Shown in pieces: positions 25,544 to 32,000 of a stretch of 32,000 nucleotides of DNA. Position numbers and translations under genes: made by a program. The stretch is from the NCBI RefSeq assembly GCF_000008665.1, contig NC_000917.1, positions 2,040,001-2,072,000 on the forward strand, written 5' to 3'. The notes beneath the pieces are model-generated. The model did no database searches, had not been told where the DNA came from, and saw nothing but the letters and a program-made list of their open reading frames with translations. Source of the stretch: Archaeoglobus fulgidus DSM 4304. Lineage in GTDB: Archaea > Halobacteriota > Archaeoglobi > Archaeoglobales > Archaeoglobaceae. Position 1 is the stretch's first letter. Each line of letters begins with the position of its first letter.

Positions 25544-26637
25544 AAGTACACCTCGTTTCTTTCAAGGCATCTGGAAAGCTCCTCGCAAAGGCTGATTATT
25601 TCCTCCCTGCTAATCTCAGGCATGTTCATAAGGATGCGCTCTCCCAGACTGCCCTCCTCGATTCTCAGTTTCACGACCTTCATATACCTTCTCTCCTCCT
25701 CATCGGCGTGCTCTTTTGACTTCTTTAACAGCTCCTTTAACTCAGGCTTCAGCTTCTCGGTTCCGCTCCTCATCGCGCTGTTGAGCTTCTCAATCAGCAC
25801 ATCTACTGGCAGTTCTTCAAGTTCAGCTCTAAGAATTGCTCTGATGAACGCTGTAAGAGCAACATCGCTCTTGATGCACTCCTGCTCGTCCATCACCTTT
25901 ATCTCAAGGCATTTCCTGCTGAACCTCACTATAACACCTCTCGAATTCACCCACTCCCTGCAGAGGACGTAAGCTCCTTTTCTTCTCAGCTCCTCGTAGA
26001 TGCCGTTAAGAATGCTCCTGTATTCCTTTAGGCTGGATATTCTTTCTGGAATTACATCGTTGCAGATTTCCGGAACTTCCTTCTGGTTTATGCGGTAAAA
26101 GTAAAGTCTTGTGTCAACGTAGTAAGACTTCCCCTCGCAGATTGGAGAGGCTGAAGCTACCGCAGCAATGTAGGGAAGCAGAACTCTTATCTTGTTGTGA
26201 AGCTCTACCGCTTCCTTTTCGGAAGAAAAAGGTATGTTCAGCTGATAGCTCTGGATGTTAAGCCAGCCATGCTGTTTTATGTTGAAAAGCCTGTCGTAGG
26301 CTTGGTATATCCTTCTGTCTCTGTGATTCCAAACTTTGGCATCCTCAAGCCTGAGAAGGGGGTGCATTCCCAGTCCTAAAAGTTTGTAGCCGTCCATAAC
26401 GCTAAGAAGCTCCTCAACGCCTTCCTGCATAGTTTCTTCGAACTCGGATAGGCTTTCAAAGGGCCTTGCAGGTTTTAGCTCGATAACGTGTTTCTGCAAC
26501 TCCTTGCCTATTACCACTCTGCCCAGTTTTGCCTCGTTAACTGTTCTACCCCCTATCTTCTTTAGTATCTCATCTGAAATGGGAACAGGATTGAAGTTCT
26601 CATCGTTTATAGAAAATTCGTGCTCGGGACCAATCAT
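25540..26637 (-). CDS. GCS2-like carboxylate-amine ligase
   Basis: 365 aa; IGPEHEFSI start (GxExE-like), VIELKPARPF, GLGMHPLL, LNIQSYQLNIPF, RLYFYRINQ; family call from pattern recognition. Confidence 0.7.
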   Translation of the reverse strand: MIGPEHEFSINDENFNPVPISDEILKKIGGRTVNEAKLGRVVIGKELQKHVIELKPARPFESLSEFEETMQEGVEELLSVMDGYKLLGLGMHPLLRLEDAKVWNHRDRRIYQAYDRLFNIKQHGWLNIQSYQLNIPFSSEKEAVELHNKIRVLLPYIAAVASASPICEGKSYYVDTRLYFYRINQKEVPEICNDVIPERISSLKEYRSILNGIYEELRRKGAYVLCREWVNSRGVIVRFSRKCLEIKVMDEQECIKSDVALTAFIRAILRAELEELPVDVLIEKLNSAMRSGTEKLKPELKELLKKSKEHADEEERRYMKVVKLRIEEGSLGERILMNMPEISREEIISLCEELSRCLERNEVYL

Positions 26638-26645
26638 AACCCCAC

Positions 26646-27839
26646 CTACGTAATGTAAATCAGCAAAGCTCCAACCAGCACGGTTGCAAAGGTTACAGGA
26701 ACTCCAGCCTTCAGATACTCGAAAAAGGAGAGGTGGACTCCATGTCTCTCCGCGCTCTCAGCCACTATAAGGTTTGCAACGCTCCCTATCAGCGTGAGGT
26801 TCCCGGCGAAGGTTGAGGCCATTGCAAGAATTAGCCAGAAGTCTGCAGCCGCACCTTTAGCTGCTGGCAGGACCATCATCACGAATGGAACGTTGCTGAC
26901 CAGATTACTTCCCGCAACGGTGAGAAGGCTGAAGTAAAGGTAGTCGGCAAAACTCTCGCCAAAGCTCAGCATCGAAAGGATTTTCTCGCCGTAGCTCTTC
27001 TCAAATCCATGCATAACAATGAAGAGGTTGCAGAATAGAAGCAGCAATCCCCAGTCAACCTTCTCGAGCGCTTCTCTCGGCTTTACTCCACCTATAGCAA
27101 ACATTATTGCCGCTCCAATGAAGGCTGAGAGCGAGACGGGATAGAACTCGGTGACAAAGAGAATTAGAACTAAAGCGAAGGTGAGCAAGCCCTTTGCCGC
27201 TAACCTCCTGTTGAGGTTCACCTCGATTTTTCCATTCCTGAGTTTACCAAGCTCCCCTCTGTAAAGAACGTATATGACCGAATAAACTATGAAAATCCCC
27301 GCTACTCCAACGGGAAGCATTTTTGCAGTGAACTGAACAAATCCAATGCCCGATTTCAGACCTATTAGCATGTTCTGCGGATTTCCGATTATCGTTACCG
27401 CACTTCCAACATTGGCGGATGTTGCGAGGGCAATCAGCAAAGGAATTGGGCTGATTCCAGCTGAAAGAGCTACCCTGACAACCACGGGGGTCATGAAAAC
27501 GCAGATGGTGTCGTTTACAAAAAGTGCCGAAAGGAATCCGGATGAGAAAACTATTGTGAAGAGCAACCTCTTCCCGTTTCCAGAAAACCCCATTATCTTC
27601 GAGGCGAGCCAGTCGAAAAAGCCAGCAATTCCAAGGTAGGCTGTCAGGACCATCATGCCGAAAAGGAGCATTATCGTGTTGTAGTCTATGGCTCTGACAG
27701 CCTCTTTGAGGCTCATCACACCAAAGGCGAGCATTAAAGCGGCACCTATTGTCGATGCTGCCGGCCTGTCCATTTTGCGGTAGAAGCTCTGAAGAGATAT
27801 CAGTGCATATGTTAGGATGGATATCAGAAGCTCAATCAT
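26646..27839 (-). CDS. ArsB/NhaD (ion transporter superfamily)-type permease
   Basis: 397 aa; MLFGMMVLTAYLGIAGFFDWLA; FLSALFVNDTICVFMTPVV; SANVGSAVTIIGNPQNMLIG; SNLVSNVPFVMM; NLTLIGSVANLIV. Confidence 0.9.
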   Translation of the reverse strand: MIELLISILTYALISLQSFYRKMDRPAASTIGAALMLAFGVMSLKEAVRAIDYNTIMLLFGMMVLTAYLGIAGFFDWLASKIMGFSGNGKRLLFTIVFSSGFLSALFVNDTICVFMTPVVVRVALSAGISPIPLLIALATSANVGSAVTIIGNPQNMLIGLKSGIGFVQFTAKMLPVGVAGIFIVYSVIYVLYRGELGKLRNGKIEVNLNRRLAAKGLLTFALVLILFVTEFYPVSLSAFIGAAIMFAIGGVKPREALEKVDWGLLLLFCNLFIVMHGFEKSYGEKILSMLSFGESFADYLYFSLLTVAGSNLVSNVPFVMMVLPAAKGAAADFWLILAMASTFAGNLTLIGSVANLIVAESAERHGVHLSFFEYLKAGVPVTFATVLVGALLIYIT

Positions 27840-29324
27840 TTAAGACCCCTTATTCAGGTCCTCAGGAATCGAGGGGAGAGGTTCGAGCGATGGCTGATAG
27901 TTGAGGGAAAGAGCTGAAAAGCCGGATTGATTAGCGAATTTAACGTAGTTGCTTGTGTTGGGAAGCGGAATGTGCATTGCAGTCATAAGAGAGCAGATGT
28001 CGGTTATAACTGCACGCTTCATTTCAACCTTCACCGTCTGCTCGTCTTTGGCATTTTCCTCATCGAAGAGCCTGAGCATCTTAATGGCTGCGAGTGAAAT
28101 AGCGGCTGAAATCAAAAACAGGAAGTCGTAGGAGGCGAAGTGCAGGGCGGGAACTTCCAGAAAGCCTAGTGACGATTCGATGTCAATCTTCACAGCAAAG
28201 TTTGCGGAAACGAAGAAGGAAGCTACAATTCCACCAGTTAAAGAGCCAGCAGCTCCGAAAACTGAATTGATGACGTAGTTCAAGGCGTAGTATGAGGCGG
28301 ATGAGCCCTTTGGACTGATCTTCGCAACGACGTTCATCAGAGCAATCCCCGGCACTGATGTGTAGAATCCATCAAGAACGTAAATGACAACGAGCAGTGG
28401 AAGCGTAAACAGGTGCCTTTCAGGCATGGTGGTGAAGGTAAACAGAAACGCCGCAATGGAGAAGGCTGTAAAAGACAACGCAAGCACGGGCCTGTTTCCG
28501 AACCTGTCCATAATTCTTCCCGAAATCCTCAGGAAGTAAATCGAGCTAAGCTGGCTTACTGCTGTGAGGGCAATAACAATCCAGACCGGATACTTAAGCA
28601 CGGCAATTATGTAAACAGAGTAGAAGGGGAGAGCCAATTCTGAGGCAAATCTCCACAGTGAGGTTCCAGAAATTAGCTTCAGGAAGTTTCTGTTTTTCAG
28701 AGGTGCTTTAAGACTCCTTCTGCCCGTTTTGCCCACCTTAACGTCATCTATCCCGTTGATGAAGTAAAGGCTGACCATACCCGCAATGAAGGCCGTTGAG
28801 AAGAGGAGCGGGAAAGTTGCTGAGCCGAGCAGGTTGAATATAACTGTGAAGGCGAGAACTGCGAACAGTGAAACCAGCTTTCCGTAGGCCATTCTGGTGG
28901 AGTAGTATTGCCCCCTGATGCTGTCAGGAATCAGATCCCTCATCCACGAACTCCACGGAGCGGTTGAGATTTCCTTGAAAACGTTGTATATCGCAAAGAA
29001 GGCGATGAACATTACGAGGTCTGAGGCGGAGAGTACCGCAAACGCCATTGCGAGAAGAGAAATCCTCGAAACTGCGTTTGAAACGAGAGAAAGTTTCTTT
29101 CTGCTGAACTTCTCGGCAAAAATTGCTGAGGGAATTTGTACAAGCTGAGAGAGGTAGGGGGTTGCTGCAACGAGTCCAATTAGCAGCGGTGATGCATTTC
29201 TTGACGCAAGGTATGAGCTGATTATCGACACGGTCAGAAGGGAGAACATTATCTGAGATGCTAATCCGTCAAAAAGCAGGTTTCTGAGGCTCCGGTCCAG
29301 ATCAATTTCCTCTTCGCCGTCCAT
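27840..29324 (-). CDS. Major facilitator superfamily transporter
   Basis: From MDGEEEIDLDRSLRNLL (29324); PYLSQLVQIPSAIFAEKFSRKKLSLVSNAVSR; RISGRIMDRFGNRPVLAL; about 12 TM. TATA-like TTTAAATA at about 29358-29366. Confidence 0.85.
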   Translation of the reverse strand: MDGEEEIDLDRSLRNLLFDGLASQIMFSLLTVSIISSYLASRNASPLLIGLVAATPYLSQLVQIPSAIFAEKFSRKKLSLVSNAVSRISLLAMAFAVLSASDLVMFIAFFAIYNVFKEISTAPWSSWMRDLIPDSIRGQYYSTRMAYGKLVSLFAVLAFTVIFNLLGSATFPLLFSTAFIAGMVSLYFINGIDDVKVGKTGRRSLKAPLKNRNFLKLISGTSLWRFASELALPFYSVYIIAVLKYPVWIVIALTAVSQLSSIYFLRISGRIMDRFGNRPVLALSFTAFSIAAFLFTFTTMPERHLFTLPLLVVIYVLDGFYTSVPGIALMNVVAKISPKGSSASYYALNYVINSVFGAAGSLTGGIVASFFVSANFAVKIDIESSLGFLEVPALHFASYDFLFLISAAISLAAIKMLRLFDEENAKDEQTVKVEMKRAVITDICSLMTAMHIPLPNTSNYVKFANQSGFSALSLNYQPSLEPLPSIPEDLNKGS

Positions 29325-29499
29325 ACGTGGTCTTCTTCCGTGCGAGGTAAACATCCTGTATTTAAACCTTGCCGTCGCAGATTTTAGGTGAGTAACAGCA
29401 GGATTAGTAGTTGAAAATGTTGGTCTTGAAAAGTTCAAGAAGGCTCCTTCCACTCTAAAACTGAGCAAAAATTTTTACTTTCGGAATCGCATTAAAATT

Positions 29500-30285
29500 A
29501 TGAGACACCCAAGAGTGGCGGGGAGCTTCTACCCTGCCAATCCCGAATCGCTTCTCGCGATGCTGAGGGAGTACACCTATCCAGCAAAGGACGAAAGCGT
29601 CATTGCCTGCGTTTCTCCGCATGCCGGTTACGTTTACTCCGGAAGGACAGCCGGAAAGGTTCACTCCTTACTGCCGGATGCTGAAACCTTCGTCATTGTC
29701 GGGCCCAACCACACGGGCTACGGTCTGCCGGTAGCGGTATCGACGGACACGTGGCTGACACCTCTCGGCGAGGTTGAGGTGGATACGGAATTCGTTGAAG
29801 CGATGCCCAAGATAATCACAGCCCCAGACGAGATTGCCCATCGCTACGAGCACTCCCTCGAGGTCCAGGTTCCTTTTCTCCAGTACCTGCACGACGACTT
29901 CAAAATCGTTCCAATCTGTCTCGGAATGCAGGACGAAGAGACTGCGATGGAGGTGGCGGAAGAGATTCTGACGGCTGAGAGGGAGACAGGTAGGAAGGTG
30001 GTTGTAATAGCCTCATCCGACATGCACCACTACCTGCCCGACGAGGAATGCAGACGGCTCGACAGCATAGTAATCGATGCTATTCTGTCGATGGACGTTA
30101 AAAAGTACTACGAAACAATTTACAGGCTGCAGGCGAGCGTTTGCGGTTACGGCTGCATAGCTGTTGCTATGTACTACTCAAAGGCCAAGGGGGCGAGAGC
30201 TGAGCTCGTTGACTACTCGACAAGTGGTGACGTTGCAGACAGAAGCCAGGTAGTTGGTTACGCAGGCATAGTTTTCAGAGTTTGA
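29500..30285 (+). CDS. MEMO1 family protein (AmmeMemoRadiSam component)
   Basis: 261 aa; MRHPRVAGSFYPANPESL; VSPHAGYVYSGRTAGKVHSLL; VGPNHTGYG; SLEVQVPFLQY; SSDMHHYLPDEECRRLD. Confidence 0.95.
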   Translation: MRHPRVAGSFYPANPESLLAMLREYTYPAKDESVIACVSPHAGYVYSGRTAGKVHSLLPDAETFVIVGPNHTGYGLPVAVSTDTWLTPLGEVEVDTEFVEAMPKIITAPDEIAHRYEHSLEVQVPFLQYLHDDFKIVPICLGMQDEETAMEVAEEILTAERETGRKVVVIASSDMHHYLPDEECRRLDSIVIDAILSMDVKKYYETIYRLQASVCGYGCIAVAMYYSKAKGARAELVDYSTSGDVADRSQVVGYAGIVFRV

Positions 30286-30360
30286 TTTTAAAAACATTCT
30301 CTAAAATTTTTTCCGAATATCGAACCTAAGCTTTAAATATCGGAAATAATATTTAACGCT

Positions 30361-30543
30361 ATGAGCGACCCAAAGCAACTTGTTCTTGAGGCGATGAAAA
30401 GGGCGGGAAAGCCAGTGAGGCCGGGCGACATAGCCAAAGAGACTGGACTGGACAGCAAGGAAGTCTCGAAAATAATAAAGGAGCTTAGGAAGGAGGGACT
30501 CGTCCACTCGCCAAAAAGATGTTATTATGCGGTGAAGGAGTGA
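30361..30543 (+). CDS. Small winged-helix DNA-binding protein
   Basis: 60 aa; LEAMKRAGKPVRPGDIAKETGLDSKEVSKIIKELRKEGLVHSPKRCYYAV; stop overlaps the rubrerythrin start. Confidence 0.8.
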   Translation: MSDPKQLVLEAMKRAGKPVRPGDIAKETGLDSKEVSKIIKELRKEGLVHSPKRCYYAVKE

Positions 30544-31034
30544 TGTTTATGACAACGGAGGAGAACTTAAGAAACGCCTACGCCGGAGAGAGCCAGGCGA
30601 TGGTGAGATACAGAATTTTTGCCGAAATAGCCCGAAGTAAGGGGCTTGAGGGAATCGCAAGGGTGTTTGAGGCTGCATCCTTTTCCGAGTTCGTTCACGC
30701 CAAGAACCATCTAAAGGTTCTTGAAGATTTGAACGACGTGAGGAAGAACCTCGAGACCGCCTATGCGGGAGAGACGTATGAGATTACGGAAATGTATCCA
30801 AGGTTCTACGAGGAGGCAGAAAAGGAGGGCAACAGGAGAGCGATGAACAGCATAAAGTGGGCTCTTGAAACGGAAAAAGTTCACGCTGGTATCTTCAAAA
30901 GGCTAATTGAGAGCGGAGAGGACTACAGGGACAAAATCTACGTCTGCCCGGTATGCGGGTACGCGATGGAGGGTGAAGCTCCTGAGAAGTGCCCGCTGTG
31001 CAACACACCAAAGGAAAAGTTCGTCGAATTTTAA
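30543..31034 (+). CDS. Rubrerythrin
   Basis: ENLRNAYAGESQAMVRYRIFAEIA; EFVHAKNH; C-terminal rubredoxin-like CPVCGY...CPLCN. Confidence 0.95.
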   Translation: MFMTTEENLRNAYAGESQAMVRYRIFAEIARSKGLEGIARVFEAASFSEFVHAKNHLKVLEDLNDVRKNLETAYAGETYEITEMYPRFYEEAEKEGNRRAMNSIKWALETEKVHAGIFKRLIESGEDYRDKIYVCPVCGYAMEGEAPEKCPLCNTPKEKFVEF

Positions 31035-31079
31035 TCAAATTTAGCGAAATTTCTTAATATTTTTTGTTACACTGCCTGC

Positions 31080-31535
31080 ATGAAGAACCTCTATTTCGAG
31101 GATTTTGAAATCGGAATGAAAGTCGAGAGCGCGGCGAGGACTGTAACCGAGGCGGACATAGTTATGTTTGCATCGCTAAGCGGGGACTGGAACCCGATAC
31201 ACACGGATGCGGAGTTCGCCAAAAAGACTATTTTTGGTCAGAGAGTTGCTCACGGTCTTTTAACGCTGTCCGTCGTGGCAGGGCTTCTCGTGAGACTCGG
31301 ATTGACGGAAAGGACAATCGTTGCTTTCTACGGAATCGACAAGCTTCGGTTCACGAACCCCGTCTTTATTGGGGACACAATAAGGGCCGTTCTGGAGGTT
31401 GTCGGGAAGGAGGACAAGGAGGGCAAGCCATACGGAGTCGTTGTTTACGACATAAAGGGCGTGAACCAGAGAGGGGAGGTTGTCATAACTTATACCTCAA
31501 GGGCTGCAATACTCAAAAGACGCCCTCAAGCCTGA
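31080..31535 (+). CDS. MaoC-like (R)-specific enoyl-CoA hydratase family
   Basis: 151 aa; SGDWNPIHTDAEFAKKTIFGQRVAHGLLT. Confidence 0.9.
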   Translation: MKNLYFEDFEIGMKVESAARTVTEADIVMFASLSGDWNPIHTDAEFAKKTIFGQRVAHGLLTLSVVAGLLVRLGLTERTIVAFYGIDKLRFTNPVFIGDTIRAVLEVVGKEDKEGKPYGVVVYDIKGVNQRGEVVITYTSRAAILKRRPQA

Positions 31536-31956
31536 GCAGCCTCTTCTTCAAACTTTTTCCATCAATATCGGAGCAGCTTACCGTGTATCCGCCAATCTCC
31601 TTTTTACCAACCACCCGATGGCAGGGGATGATCACAGGCAGAGGGTTTCTCTTGACCGCCTGTCCTACTGCCCTGGGTGAGGTGTTAAGGGCTTTGGCGA
31701 TATCTGAGTACATCCTAACCATACCGTACGGAATCCTGCTGACCTCCTCAAGCACCCTTCTTGTGAAGCTGCTTGCCTTAAGCCTGTAGGGTATCCTGAC
31801 CTCAACCCTTTCCCCCGAAAAGTACCTTTCAAGCTGCCTTGCGTATTCGGAATCTGAGGAAGAAAAAGATGGATACGTTGAAAAGTAGGACTTTACTGCC
31901 TTCCCCCCTTCCATAACAACGTTGAAGTAAAGCTCTCCCCACTTAACCGAGAACAT
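31513..31956 (-). CDS. ogt: Methylated-DNA--protein-cysteine methyltransferase
   Basis: 147 aa; VSRIPYGMVRMYSDIAKALNTSPRAVGQAVKRNPLPVIIPCHRVVGKKEIGGYT. Confidence 0.95.
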   Translation of the reverse strand: MFSVKWGELYFNVVMEGGKAVKSYFSTYPSFSSSDSEYARQLERYFSGERVEVRIPYRLKASSFTRRVLEEVSRIPYGMVRMYSDIAKALNTSPRAVGQAVKRNPLPVIIPCHRVVGKKEIGGYTVSCSDIDGKSLKKRLLRLEGVF

Positions 31957-32000
31957 CAGAAGTCCCTGCCGGAGATGTCCCTCAGCCTCTTTATACCGTC
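31956..32000 (-). CDS. Extreme C-terminus of an upstream gene, truncated by the window edge
   Basis: Reading frame ...DGIKRLRDISGRDF* overlapping the ogt start; too short to identify. Confidence 0.3.
   Translation of the reverse strand, partial: DGIKRLRDISGRDF

Noticed and set aside
27840-29468. Use of 29468 as the MFS start
   Set aside because: The first 48 residues are not membrane-protein-like and a TATA-like element lies at about 29358-29366, so ATG 29324 is preferred.
1-32000. tRNA, rRNA, CRISPR array or insertion sequence
   Set aside because: No regularly spaced repeats, no transposase or Cas-like proteins, and no recognisable tRNA T-loop context were seen; a tRNAscan or Infernal run would be decisive.

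Overview
The window is a gene-dense archaeal chromosome segment. The protein sequences and gene order look like Archaeoglobus fulgidus; this is recognition from memory, not a database search. It contains:
(1) a family-4 uracil-DNA glycosylase and an AmmeMemoRadiSam radical SAM protein;
(2) tandem DUF131-like small membrane proteins;
(3) a tungsten aldehyde:ferredoxin oxidoreductase facing an rpoD-rps11-rps4-rps13 operon;
(4) an alternative mevalonate/isoprenoid operon (mevalonate kinase, isopentenyl phosphate kinase, type 2 IPP isomerase, prenyl diphosphate synthase);
(5) a frame-disrupted HDAC/acetylpolyamine amidohydrolase-like gene;
(6) an AT-rich island with a membrane-anchored LamG-like protein;
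(7) a divergent kinase-like gene, a zinc-ribbon protein, an MFS permease and a PLP decarboxylase;
(8) a two-gene cytochrome bd-type oxidase in which both subunits look CydA-like;
(9) a PriS-like primase, an AF2299-type CDP-alcohol phosphotransferase, deoxyhypusine synthase and pyruvoyl arginine decarboxylase;
(10) a 22.8-29.3 kb neighbourhood with two peptide-ligase-type enzymes (RimK-like ATP-grasp and GCS2-like), an MNT/HEPN pair, a Cys-rich protein and two permeases;
(11) a MEMO-family protein, a winged-helix protein, rubrerythrin, a MaoC-like protein and an O6-alkylguanine methyltransferase.
The strongest items for follow-up are: the ATP-grasp/GCS2 neighbourhood with a perfect 9-bp inverted repeat over its promoter; an apparent CTG start with an ideal Shine-Dalgarno for IPP isomerase; three single-base frame disruptions; an untracked 35-codon ORF with an internal repeat antisense to the primase 3' end; and the paired CydA-like subunits. 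No CRISPR array, rRNA, tRNA or insertion sequence was recognised.
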